In this document: one piece after another, positions 1-17,441 of the stretch
Numbering within the stretch: the first letter of the stretch is position 1
Layout: each line of letters opens with the position of its first letter
Assembly (NCBI RefSeq): GCF_009914755.1
Contig: NC_060927.1
Strand: one strand, 5' to 3'
Source: the human T2T-CHM13v2.0 reference genome, Homo sapiens
DNA length: 64,000 nucleotides
Notes under the pieces: model-generated
The model's input: the letters and a program-made list of their open reading frames with translations, nothing else
Databases searched by the model: none
Told to the model about the DNA's origin: nothing
Translations under genes and position numbers: made by a program

Positions 1-2441
1 AAACTCCTGACCTCAAGTGATCTCCTGGCTTGGCCTCCCAAAGTGCTGAGATATAGCCATGAGCCACCGCGCTAGGCTGTGTTCTGAATATATAAGGTTT
101 CCAGATAATTGATCTTTTTGGAGACACACTCAGAGGCACATGAAAGACACTTGGTTTTGAATAATAATTGGTGGAGGCTGTGGGATGGGAAGTGTTTTAA
201 AATTTTGCTTTTAGAATAGAATAAGAATTCTTACTTGATAGAAACATGGGAAATTTTGGCAAACTGTTTCTCCCTTTTTTAGGTCATATACCATAATAAC
301 CTGACATTGCATATACATAATCTTGTTTATGAAGTATGCTGAGTAAATTTATGATAGGATAGTATCATTTGGAGTTACATCAAAAGCCTTTTCAGCAAAC
401 CTCTTTGTGAAGGAGAATAAAGATGTGTGAGAGTAAGAAAAGCAATAAGAGTACTTCTAAAGGTTTTTGTTTTTGAGATGGGGTCTCGCTCTGTGCTAGA
501 CTGGAGTGCAGTGGCATGATCATGGCTCACTGCAGCCTCAACTTCTGGGCTCCAGCCATCTTCCCACCTCAGCCTCCTGAGTAGCTGAGACCACAGGCAT
601 GTGTGCCCCTGCCCCCGGCTAATTTTGTATTTTTGGTAGAGATGGCTATTCTCCATGTTTCCCAGGCTGGTCGCGAACTCCTGAGCTCAAGCAATCAACC
701 TGCCTTAGCCTCCCAAAGTGCTGGGAATACAGGCGTAAGCCACTTTTTCAGGCATCATTTTTTGTCTTTTAATTCATTGGCTACCTTGATGTATATGTAA
801 ACTTTAGTTACCTAGTTGCTAAATTCCTCAAGATGAAAGTTAAGTGTTACTGAAGTCATATGTTGGACTTTGAAAATAAGAATGCTCTACAAATCAGAAT
901 ATCTGAAGTAAGTGTTGCTAAACAGCATTCATCCTCCGTTTGAGGAAAGGTAGAAGCAGGATGAAGAACCGGTTAGTTATTCATGGTTTTTTAAGCCTTA
1001 AGTGTTCGCAGTAGTAGTTGTTGGATATTCTTTGGGCCCCAAAGAAGAAGTGGGTGATCTTGATACATGACTAGTCACTGCATAATTATCAGACACCTTC
1101 AGCTTTTCTCAGTCAAAAAACTGTTCTTTATCTTTGCATAAAACTAGAGCCAGAATATATTCCACCTAGTTACTATCGTTTTTATTTGAGGTATAACATG
1201 AATAGAATTTTCTCCTCTATTGCATTCATAAGTAATTTGTAAATTTTAGAAAAATGTGACTTCTAGGAAATAAAGGATAATTTAAAGATAGGACACTTAC
1301 AATAATTACTTGTTATGTGATACATTCCTAGAACTTAAACAGGATTTTCAGAAGTTTCATCTGTACCTTACCATGGCTATATGGGAAGGTACTAATTTTA
1401 TAGACAAGGAAACTGAAGCAATAAAGGTTAAGTATATGCTTGAAGTTTTGCAACTAGGTGACAGCTGGGATTAAAGACATCTTTCTGAAATGCCATTCAT
1501 GTTCTGGAATGTACTGTGTATGTGTGTATTTCTCCTTGCAAGAACCTATCAGACTAGAAAATTTGGCTCATAGTTAGAGTACACATGACAAGTGTTCTGT
1601 TAAATAATATGTAGTATTTGACAGGTAGGGGCCTTCTTGCTATGTATCACTTAAGGAAAATAATGTGAAAGTATTTTGAGAACAAAAGAATATAAGACGA
1701 TTATTTAAATTGTCCATATTCCTAAATTATCACCACCATTTTCATTTTTATGCCATCATCATGTGTCACACGCTATATTTTAACTGCCTTTAATCAAATG
1801 CATTAATTTGTTCATGTGAGTCAAAATTCAAGAGGTTTATAAGGTTTACAGTGAAAAATCTCCCCCTCATCTTCTATCTAGCCCACTCAGTTCTTTTTCC
1901 CAAAGATGATGTTACTTTGTTATATATCCTTGCAAAGTTACTACTATACTCAAATCTATATATTCTTGTCTCCCTTTTTACAAAATTTGAAATATGTCAG
2001 ATGTACTGTAATACACTTTTTATTTTTCACTTTAATGCTGTTCTAGTTATCTATTGCTGAGACACAAATGACTCCTCCAAAATGTAGAGACTTAAAATTA
2101 TTTTGTCATCTCCATGGTTCTGGTGAGTGGGCTTAGTAGGTGGTTCTCACTCTGATCTTTTCCTTGCTCTTGCAGTTCATTACGGGGCAAGAATCATCTC
2201 AACACATCCGGCAGTTGGTGCTGGCTATTGGTTGGGACCTCAGATGGGGCTGTTAGCTAGAACACACCTACAGGTAGTAGCCTTTTATGACTTTGCTCCA
2301 GAAGTCACATAGATAGATAGCATCTGTTCTATTCTAGTCACAGGCCTGTACAGATTCAAGGGAAGAGTGTCAACATCACACTGTAAGAAGAATGTGGTGT
2401 AGAATGTCTTGTTGCAGCTGCCTTAGAAAATACAATCTACA

Positions 2442-2834
<393 letters not shown>

Positions 2835-2978
2835 CTAGTTTTAGATATGCACATTGTTGTATCTTTGGCTATAATAGTACTGTACTAAATAACAGCAGTA
2901 ATTTCTCACATATTCTGAGTATATCTGCAGTATATATTTTTAGAGCCCATTGTGTTTGGTTTCTCTTTTCTTTTTTGA

Positions 2979-3289
<311 letters not shown>

Positions 3290-5055
3290 TAACCTCATGT
3301 TATTTCTATGTAGATTTCTTTATAATAGTCACACTACTGTGTTCCATTTGATTTATTAATGGTAATATTTCTCAGTACATCTATATTGTCATATTTTAGT
3401 ATCTGGCAATCTTCTCTTTTTATTATTTTTTAACTGTTCCATTGTTGGGCATTTAATGTTTGCTTTTTTGTTTGCTGTTTTAGGTAATCACCTAATAGGG
3501 GATATCTTAGAATTTCACCCCCCCCCCCCCCCGACTTATTTTCGTAAGATCAATTTCTAGAGGTGATTACTGAACCCAAAGGAATTTTATCCTAATAAAA
3601 TTGTTTTGTAGGATCAAAAGAATTCTAATCTTCATCCTTTTTCATCCCTTAGAGATACATCCAGTTTCTTTGGGGGTTGGCATAGATAATTATATCCTAG
3701 GATTACAGGTTTCCTCTAACTGTTAATAGGAGTTTAAAGTTTTCCCTCTCTGTTTAGTCTTCTTTTCTATTATGTTGTAAAATTCTCAGATATCAGAACT
3801 TTTGTTTTTGTTTTGAGAGACAAGGTCTTCCTCTGTCACCCAGGCTGAAGAGCAGTGGCATGATTATGGCTCACTGCAGCCTCCACCCCCTGGGCTCAAA
3901 TGATCCTCCCACCTCACCCTCCCAAGTAGATGGTACTACGTGTGCATGTGCCACCATGCCTGGCTAATTTATTTTTAAGATGGAGTCTTGCTATGTTGCC
4001 CAGGCTGGTTTTGAGCTCCTGGCCTCAAGCAATCTTCCTGAGACAGGAATCCCAAAGTGCTGGGATTACAGGTGTGAGCCACTGTGCCCAGCCAAATATT
4101 AGAACTTTTAAATTCATTTAGTATGTAAGCTTACTGCCAAGCATGAAAGAATCACTTTGAAGGCCAGTAATGTTTTAAAGGTCTGGAAGATTCTCTTGAG
4201 GGCTAGGAAGCATTATGTGCTAGGTTCTTGAACCAGGAGAAAAGGGGTATCACTAAGAAGAAGGGAAGGAATCCTGGTATGCAAAATAGCTTGGGCGCTA
4301 TCCTTGCACATTTGACAAGTTTAGTGAAGTACTATTGAACTGTTCAGTAAAGTATCTGTTGCCTATAGATAAAATGTCTTTTGTAGATACTTATATATCT
4401 ACCTACCTATAGATATCTATATATCTGTATCTATATATCCCTTAAAGCTAAGCTAATTTCCTTAACCTTTTCTCTGTTGATATTTGTTTGGTAGCCTTTA
4501 TCTGATTCTAGTTAATAACTCGTACCCTGTCATTTTTTTAAAAATACCCTTTGTTTTTGTAATGTGTTCTTTCATTCTTCTTCCCAATTCAGTTTTGGTA
4601 CGTTCCTGTTACGTAAATCTAATCTGGTGAGCAGAGACTTTCTTAGGATTATGCCACTTGGTGAGGCAATCACAGGGTCTTAGCCCTGAAGGCGCCCATA
4701 CTGACTTTATCAGTTTATTCTAGGGAGATCAGGTTTGGGGCACTAACTTAATACTAACAAACTCCTAAGATTAATTTAATTTTATTTATTTGTTTGAGAC
4801 GGAGTCACCCAGGGTGGAGTGCAGTGGCGTGATCTTGGCTCACTGCAACCTCTGCCTCCCTGGTTCAAACGATTCTTGTGCCTCAGCCTCCTGAGGCTGG
4901 GACTACAGGCGCATGTCACCACGTCTGGCTTATTTTTGTAGTTTTAGTAGAGACAAGGTTTCACCATGTTGGCCGGGCTGGTCTTGAACTACCTCAGGTC
5001 CCACCTTGGCCTCCTAAAATGCTAGAATTACACAGACGGGAGCTACCATGCCTAG

Positions 5056-5376
<321 letters not shown>

Positions 5377-6189
5377 TAAGATTAATTTTCAAACAATGTG
5401 CATCAGTATGTTAGAAATACCTAGTGTTAGCCGGGTGTGGTTGTGTGTGCCTATAGTCCCAACTACTCTGGAGGCTGACTTGGGAGGATTGCTTGAGGCC
5501 AGGAGTTCAAGGGCGCAGTGAACTATGATTACACCACTGCCCCAACCTGGGTGACAGTGGGAGACCCTGTCTTAAAAAAAAAAAAAAACTTAGGGCGACG
5601 ATGTTCAGCTGGTGACATGTGGCTGACTGTCTTATGTACTGGTTAGTGAATTCCCTTAGAGTTGGGTGTCCCGTAAGGGTTGCTGTCAAGCTGTGATAGT
5701 AAAAAAGCATTGACTTCTCAATATCCTTTATCCTAGACAGTGTTGGAGAAATGCTAATTTTTATTCTTTACCTCACTCTTGACTTCATGCAGGATCTTCC
5801 CTGTGTATCATTAATATTCTTCAGGATTTTAAATTGTTTCACAACTATTACCTTTAGATGTTGCTCATAGATTTTTATATTTGTTTCCTTCCTTCCTTTA
5901 TTTTTTGGGGCAGGGGTTGGGATGGGGACGGGATGACAGGGTCTCACTGCCACCCAGGCTCAGGTGATCCTCCTGCCTGAGCCACAAACCTCTCCCACCA
6001 ACCCCCCGCCCAGTAGCTGGGACTACAGGTGCACGCCACCACACCTGTTTTGTATTTTTGTTAGTAGAAACGATTTCTCCATGTTGCCCGGGCTGGTCTC
6101 GAACTCCCGGGCTCAAGCAGCATACCCGCCTGGGCCTCCCAAAGTGCTGGGACTGCAGGTGTGAACCACTGCGCCTTACCCAGATTTCT

Positions 6190-7690
<1,501 letters not shown>

Positions 7691-8626
7691 CTCATTGATT
7701 TTTAAGAGTGAATTGTAGATAAACTAGTATAGATCACCTCTTAAGATGGATTAATTTGGGGAAGATTGCTGTCTTTCTGTATGCTATCTACATAATAATT
7801 TTTTATTTTCTTGTTAGGCTTTTGGAATATTCTCTTTTTGGGTTTACTCACAGTGTGTATGCTTTACTGTGCCTTATTTTTTCTTTTTTCCCTCCTGGGT
7901 GCTGAGTAATACTTAGCCCTATTCTACTTTTATTTCTTACTCTTCCTCACATTAATTGAAATGTAACTCTTCCCTAACTACACTCACGACTGTCGCTTCT
8001 GCAGTCCATTCACTGGGTGCTTCCTGTATACACACACTTTCATAGGAAATAAAAATGGCCTCAGTTTTTATTTTTCCTGTTTTCGGCTATGTATGATTCT
8101 TCTCTGTGTGTAATTTTATCATCTGAAGTTAGTGCTTATCTGTCTGAGAAAATCTGTTATGTCGGATTACTGCTGTTAGTACTCATTTTCCCAGTGAACC
8201 AATTTCTGTCTTCACTGATAACTTTAGTACCTGATTCTAACAATCTCTAACTTGAATTTTTTTTTATCACAAAGCCTCATTCTATTTCTGAAATTTTGAA
8301 CAAGACCCTTTCTCCCCTCTCTAGTCACTGCATGCATCCTTTCCTTTTAGTTTTAATTTAATTGCTACTTAATACTTAGTTACTAGTATTTTTTTTCACT
8401 TACACATTGGGATTGTTTTTTTAAAGGTACTCAAATATGACAGTCTATATTATTGTTTCTCTATACACATTTATTTACTACCGAAAATTGAAAAAAATAG
8501 CACATCGAAATTTCCTTTTACTGCAATTCAAATTTTTGAAAACCAGAAAATCTGATTTATTATACTCTAGCCAAACTACCCAGTGTTTTCTTTACATTCT
8601 TTCCCCACAAGTTACTTTACTTCTGA

Positions 8627-8896
<270 letters not shown>

Positions 8897-8968
8897 TGAG
8901 CCACTGTGCCCGGCCTTACTTCCAATTCTTGATGATGGATTTCATTTCACTAACAAGGTTGTTTTTAG

Positions 8969-9425
<457 letters not shown>

Positions 9426-10499
9426 TGAACTCAAGTGATCCACCTGCCTCGGCCTCCTAAAGTGCTGGGATTACAGGCGTGAGCCACCATGCCTGCTGTA
9501 TTTTTATTTTTTCATTATGCTAATTTAGGAGATAAAAATTGTTTTGACCATGTGGATGATTTCATTGACTACTGGTCTCCTTTTCTGTTCTTTTGTGAAT
9601 TGTCTTTACACATTTATCCCTGAGGTTCTAAAGTTTTTCTAAACATTTATAATAGCTTTCTACACATTGAAAATACTAATCACTTAGCATCCATTGTAGA
9701 AATTTTTCTCATTAGGTTTGCCCCTTTGTTATGGATGTTATGACACAAGTTTTGCAAACCTGAAGTTTCATATTTTTGTGTAATCAAATCTGTAGTCTTA
9801 TATAGAATTTTGGTCAATTTTAATAAAGCAATTCTTTCCTGTCAATTTTGATAAATAATAAGTTTGGGCTTGAAGTTGTATGGTTTCTCAGTTTTTGTAT
9901 TTTTCCCCTTTCTGTTTAATTCATGTAGAATCATTTTAGTTATGGGGTGGCGGTTACTTTGTTTTTCTTTTTTTTCTTGAGACGGAGTCTCACTCTGTCA
10001 CCCAGGCTGGAGTGCAGTGGCACGATCTCGGCTCTGCAACCTCTGCCTCCCGGGTTCAAGTGATTCTTCTGCCTCAGTCTCCTGAGTAGCTGGGATTACA
10101 GGCTCATGCCACCATGCCCGGCTAATTTGTATTTTTAGTAGAGACGGGTTTTCACCATGTTGGTCAGGCTGGCCTTGAATTCCAGACCTTGTGATCCACC
10201 CACCTCGGCCTCCCAAAGTGCTGGGATTACAGGCGTGAGCCACTATGCCCAGCCACTTTGTTTTTTAATTATTAATCTTTGGTTTAATGCCATCAATTTG
10301 AATATCCTTTCCCTTGCCCAGTGTGTTACAGTGTCTTCCCCTGGCTTACTGTTTAAGTCTTGCATATTATAATAGGCCTTTGGTATTTGCAGATTTGACA
10401 TTTAAAGCTTCAGCTATTCTCACCTGATTCCAGAGTCTGTGGTAAAGTAATTTGTAGTTTTGCTGAGGCTGAAATGTTACTTGCTTGCTGCCAGGCTTG

Positions 10500-10780
10500 C
10501 AAATAGGAGCTGATCACGTAGCTCAGAGGGAGCCTATCAGACAGGCCAGCACCCACATCTCAACGCAGCTTTGTTTTTCTCTACTTGTCATCGCGTACAC
10601 AGTAACTCTCGAAGTGATAAAAGCTGTTTCTTTGTGAAATATGGGCCCGAAAAGAAAACCAACTGCTAGTGCTGGTGATGGAAGTGAAGAGAAAATGAAG
10701 CGGTCTAAGAGTGATGGTTCTTAGCCAGAAAATAGACGTTTTGGATAAATTAAAGTGGTTTTACAGATTCAGGTAAGTTT
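10500..10780 (+). mobile_element. Ancient Tigger (Tigger12-like) fragment containing the transposase 5' end
   Basis: ATG at 10641 gives MGPKRKPTASAGDGSEEKMKRSK; after a frameshift it continues VMVLSQKIDVLDKLK, resembling a pogo/Tigger CENP-B-type N-terminal HTH start. Confidence 0.6.
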
Positions 10781-10899
10781 GTGGTTGGTTAATGTTGCTA
10801 CAGTATTGATGTAGTAGTTTTATCTTTTCAGTGGCAGAATTTGTTTACGTAACTTTATAAATTACTAGTAATGTATTTTTAGGAGCACTGAGGATTTGA

Positions 10900-11088
<189 letters not shown>

Positions 11089-11509
11089 TAAAAATACAAA
11101 AATTAGCCAGACGTGGTGGTGGCCACCTGTAATCCCAGCTACTCGGGAGGCTGAGGCAGGAGAATCACTCGAACCCAGGAAGCGGAGGTTTCAGTGAGCC
11201 GAGATCACGCCATTGCACTCCAGCCTGGGCAACAAGAGCTAAACTCCATCTCAAAAAAAAAAAAAAAACAACACTATAGTAGTATTTTAAAACTTTAGGA
11301 CTTTGAGAAATCATGAACGTCTTAGGGTGTATTATGTATATCAAGAGTTTATTATAGTGGGCTACACTATTCCAGTAATATTTCTGTTCATTTAGTACTG
11401 TAGCACTTTTCATTTTTTAAAGTATATTATAAAACTGATTTTCCCTGGCCTCTAATGTTGGTCTTTTTCTCCCCCAAAATTATGCTTTATCATACCACAT
11501 GAACAGTAG

Positions 11510-11895
<386 letters not shown>

Positions 11896-12082
11896 TAGAT
11901 ACCTTGTGAAATATCTATTTTTTCACATTTGGGAGCTGCCTCTCTCTACATTCAAATGTTATCTGAAGTAGCCTCTAAATGGTTCCATGTATCTTTTTGA
12001 ACTTCCTTCTTTTAGTAGACATTTTTGAACATCTGTATGAACAAGGATTTATATTAAATGTTGGTACAGAGAGGAGCTACTA

Positions 12083-12394
12083 CAAGTTGAGCATCCCTAA
12101 TCTGAAGTCTGAAATGCTCCCAAATTCTTCGAGCATCAATATGATGTCACAAGTGAACAATTTCCACACTTAACACCTTTGCTTTCTGATGAGTCAGTGT
12201 ACATAAACTTGGTTTAATGCACAAAATTATTTTAGCTTCAGGCTATGTGTACAAGCTTTATGTGAAACAAACGAATTTCATGTTTTGACTTGGATCCCTT
12301 CCCAAAAATATCTCATTATGCAAATATTACAAAATCTTTAAAAATCCAAAACATTCCTGGTTCCAAGCATTTCAGATAAGGGATACTTAACCTG
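12083..12394. mobile_element. Tigger4b/Zombi-type MITE
   Basis: TIRs CAAGTTGAGCATCCCTAATCTGAA and TTCAGATAAGGGATACTTAACCTG, preceded by TA. Confidence 0.78.
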
Positions 12395-12947
12395 TGGTCA
12401 TTGCTCAAGTAACTCCCAATCAAGGAGAAGAAAAAGATATAAACCAATGATTATAAAAGGTGTGAAACGTTATTACACAGAGAACTCTGGGAGCACAGAT
12501 GTAGGAGATATTAACTAGGGTGGAATGAAGGAAGGTTTCTAAGCAGAGTTGAGGAATGAATTGATTATCTTCTTTGTTAATCTGAATGGGATCCATTCCT
12601 GTTCAGCATGATTTCCCTTGGTTTTGTTCCTAGATTTAGGAATGATGCCCTGTTTTGCCATAAGGAAGAATCTCGTGTGTTTATTAGGAATGGATATTGA
12701 CTCAAATGCCTTTTTGTAATTTGTTTAAATAAAATGGATTTTTCTTCATTAGCCTGTTAATGTAATAGTTTTGTATTTCTGAAAGAATGTACTTGGTAAT
12801 GGGCATTTGTTTGTCTTAATGTATTTGTTGCAATTTCTTTGTATTTGGCATTTTTGTACATGTATGGTGTACATGTATGGTGGCCTCTTGTGTCTTTAAC
12901 TGGCTTGAGAATTGGATCATATTTTCTTTAAGGCAACATCTCTAATA

Positions 12948-13317
12948 CAGTTGGCCCTCTGAATCTGTGAGTTCCACATTTATAAATGCAACCAACTGCA
13001 AGTTGAAAATATTAAGGGGGAAAAAATTAACTTAGCTCCAAAAAGCAAAAATTAAATTTGCCACACACTTAATACTATGTTGAATCTATGTGGATGACGT
13101 GAGGTGCAGGCATTGTATTAGATATTATAAGTAATCTAGAGATGCTTTAAAGTATACAGGAGGATGTGCTCAGGTTATATACACATACTTTGCAATTTTA
13201 TATCGGGGACTTGAGCATCCTCAGATTTTGTTATCCATTGGGGATTCTAGAACCAGTCCTTCATGATATATGGGGAGGTCCTGGAAACAGTCCTCCACAG
13301 ATACTGAGGGACGACTA
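12948..13317. mobile_element. MER2/MER2B-type Tigger MITE
   Basis: TA|CAGTTGGCCCTCTGAATCTGTG ... CACAGATACTGAGGGACGACTA|TA. Confidence 0.75.
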
Positions 13318-14142
13318 TAGTTATTTCCCTGAGCCTGAAGTTTACTTATGGACGTATAAGTGAATGTTTTTAGTACTAGTAGACTTTGTGATCATAGTAT
13401 GTCTGAAAAATGAAACAGTCTGTGCACATTTTAATTCCTTTTTTTTTTTTTTGCAAGTCTGCATCAAACTATACTTGAAAAAAGGCTTATGTATTGTGAC
13501 TTATTTTCCTCTTTTCCTTTTTGGTAAGAGTACTGTCTTAGGGACTTAATTTTAGTTTAAAATTTTAGTTTAAAAACATTTTTTGATCCTACAGGAGAAC
13601 CTCTCGTGACCTTCAAAAAGTGACATAGTGCTGTCTGGATATCCTTTACCATAAATACAATATTTTAGAAAATGGACAATTCTGCTAATTGTTGGTTAAA
13701 AAAAAGTTTGAACTGGATTAGAATATATTTACAATGTGATTAATGAGAATTCATAAAACTATTAATTAGAATCTAGGTCCAAATGAAGATGTTTACAGTA
13801 TTGTTTGCAAAATTCAGAAGATTTTAGTTGTTGATACTAAAGCCAGCAACCAGTTAACCTAAAAGAGCGTGAAAAATAAATGTTGTGTCTAACGTAAAAG
13901 AGATATATCTCATTAGACTTTGTTTCTTTAGCACATTTGATACTGGTTAGTACATCTCTATCAACGTCACTAGATAAACGGCTGTAATTTAGAGAAATAT
14001 ATCATAATTCTTTTGCATAATATGACAGTTTTAGAAAATTGTAATTCAAGTGCATACCAGTTTGGAAATAGGGCTTGAATATCACACCTTGAGCTAAATG
14101 TAGAAGGAAGGGAGGAGCATACCAATTTACAGTGAATGATAG

Positions 14143-14163
14143 AGCAGCAGCAGAGGGCGGTCT
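14143..14163 (+). promoter_or_regulatory. Candidate CTCF site AGCAGCAGCAGAGGGCGGTCT
   Basis: Matches the CTCF core CAGCAGAGGGCG; a GC-rich patch with a retained CpG in an otherwise AT-rich intron. Confidence 0.55.
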
Positions 14164-14237
14164 AATGGCTGTGTGTAGGTCTTTTAATTTTAACAATATT
14201 GTATCATTTTATAATGCTACTTTTTTTTTTTTTTTGA

Positions 14238-14447
<210 letters not shown>

Positions 14448-14953
14448 TGATTTGCCTTCCTCAGCCTCCCAGAGTGCTGGGATTACAGGCATGAGCCACC
14501 ACGCCTGGCCTATAATGCTACTTTCCTAGTGTTAAAATTAGAATCAGGGAAAGTACAGATCCAAAAAATTCTTATGGCAGGGAATGAAAGGTAGGAGCAA
14601 ATATTGAATCAACTGAACAAATTAAATCTAGGTTAAGGTAATAATGACTACCACAATTAAAGTGTCACAATGTTTTAAAAAATAATATAGCAAGAGGCCT
14701 GGTACGGTGGCTCACGCCTATAATCTCAGCACTTTTGGGAGGCACTCCAGCCTGGGAGATAGAGCAAGACTGTGTCTCAGAAAAAAAAAAAAAAAGAAAA
14801 AAAAAGATAATATAACAAGAAATACTAATTTGGTGGTAACTGACTGGGACTAAATTGCCAGTGTGCGCCAATAAAAACTAGTAAAATGGAACAGGACATG
14901 GTGTCAGCAGTATAGATGGTACTTTTAGGCACACTGGGTTTCCCCCAACTTCA

Positions 14954-15383
<430 letters not shown>

Positions 15384-15667
15384 TCACTACAAAGGCCCTA
15401 TATGTAAGCATATATGTAAATAGCTTAGAAGCACAGGTTTGCCAGTATTTAAAGCTATTATCAGCTGTGGGTATGCAATCTGTCAAGTTTCTAGGTGTTT
15501 TCTTTTTTTTTCCCCCCTCATTTATTACTTTTAACTGACACATAATAGTTGTACATACTTACGGGGTACAGTGTGACATTTTGATAGATGTATACAAGCA
15601 GGTGTTTTCTATATTATGAAAACATTTGGAGAAAAATGATTGACTTATTGTAGTCCTTTTCTTTCAG

Positions 15668-15819
15668 CTGCTTTTCTAACCCAAACTGTATGTCTTGATG
15701 ACACTACAGTAAAGTTTGAAATATGGGATACAGCTGGTCAAGAACGATACCATAGCCTAGCACCAATGTACTACAGAGGAGCACAAGCAGCCATAGTTGT
15801 ATATGATATCACAAATGAG
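15668..15819 (+). CDS. RAB5A: RAB5A coding exon (exon 3), 152 nt: (A)[50 protein letters not shown]
   Basis: Acceptor ttttctttcAG|CT and donor GAG|GTaagt. Encodes the G3 motif WDTAGQE and Rab5 switch II ([12 protein letters not shown]). The upstream exons lie before the window. Confidence 0.98.
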
Positions 15820-16113
15820 GTAAGTATGGATGCATTCCACAGTAAAACTAATTTGAGTACCCACTTTTGGTGTTCAGAATTTTGATTAAATGTTTTGGAA
15901 AATCTTTTTCTGATAGTCATGACCTTTCTGCTGAAGCTTTTGTGAATTAGAAAATCTGGTTTTAAAAAAAAACGAAAATGTCTCATAATACAATAGTCCT
16001 AATAATTTCTTTCCCACAGTCACTTGGGACAGTCTTTTAAAGCCTTGTATCACAAAGATGCTTCCTAACCATTTTTTGAGCCTGTGCTCAATGGCTGTTT
16101 CTTTGTTTAACAG

Positions 16114-16236
16114 GAGTCCTTTGCAAGAGCAAAAAATTGGGTTAAAGAACTTCAGAGGCAAGCAAGTCCTAACATTGTAATAGCTTTATCGGGAAACAAG
16201 GCCGACCTAGCAAATAAAAGAGCAGTAGATTTCCAG
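16114..16236 (+). CDS. RAB5A: RAB5A exon 4, 123 nt: [41 protein letters not shown]
   Basis: Acceptor ctttgtttaacAG|GAG and donor CAG|GTatgt. Encodes the G4 motif NKAD; frame continuous with exon 3. Confidence 0.98.
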
Positions 16237-16470
16237 GTATGTTAAATTTAACTCTCATTTGAAAGGCACTTTTTTCCTGTATGTTTTTCTTTCATGTCAA
16301 CACTTGAATTAGTTATAATGTCAAAACCATGCAAGTAATAGAAAATACTGATTTTTAAAACAAATATAAAGTACTACATATAATAAAATGTTTCTGATAA
16401 ACCTAAATTTTTAAATAGATTATTGTAATATATAAACTGACCCAAAGATTTTGTAGACTTAAACAATAAA

Positions 16471-16770
<300 letters not shown>

Positions 16771-17139
16771 AGTAAAAGTAGTCATTGTTCACAGTGCAGA
16801 AAGTGATTGTATCCTGCCCTAATTCCTCCATCCCACACATACTTTATGTCCTAACCCTCTTCTACTCATGTGCAAATATGTATCAGCACATGTGTGTACC
16901 CCACATATGTACATACGCAAACACTTATGTGGTTGTTCTTAAAGGGGCATTCAAACATAAAGGTTCTGCCAATCTGTATCCAGAGTTGGAAAATAATAAG
17001 CTAAAAACTAATAATTAAAAAAAATTTTTTTAAGGCTGAGAAAATCCAGTTTTGTATTACGATTGCTAATTCAGAATGTTTGCTGCTGCAAAATAGGCAA
17101 GTGCAATCACTTAAAAACAAAGCAAGTCCTCTATTTAGA

Positions 17140-17441
17140 CTTTTTTTTTTTTTTTTAAGATGGAGTCTTGCTCAGTTGCCCAGGCTGGAGTGCAGTGGCG
17201 CAATCTCAAGCTCACTGCAAGCTCCACCTCCTGGGCTTAACGCCATTCTGCTGCCTCAGCCTCCCAAGTAGCTGGGACTACAGGCGCCCACCACCACTCC
17301 TGGCTAATTTTTTGTGTGTTTTCAGTAGAGACAGGGTTTCACTGTGTTAGCCAGGGTGGTCTCGATCTCCTGACCTTGTGATCCACCCGCCTCCGCCTCC
17401 AAAAGTGCTGGGATTACAGGCGTGAGCCACCACGCCCGGCA
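17140..17441 (-). mobile_element. AluY-like, antisense, RAB5A intron 4
   Basis: CACTGCAAGCTCC and GCCATTCT diagnostic positions; TSD TTAGAC. Confidence 0.9.

Noticed and set aside
15640-15885. 81-aa Rab-like ORF as a standalone gene
   Set aside because: It is RAB5A exon 3 plus intronic flanks, with a non-ATG start.
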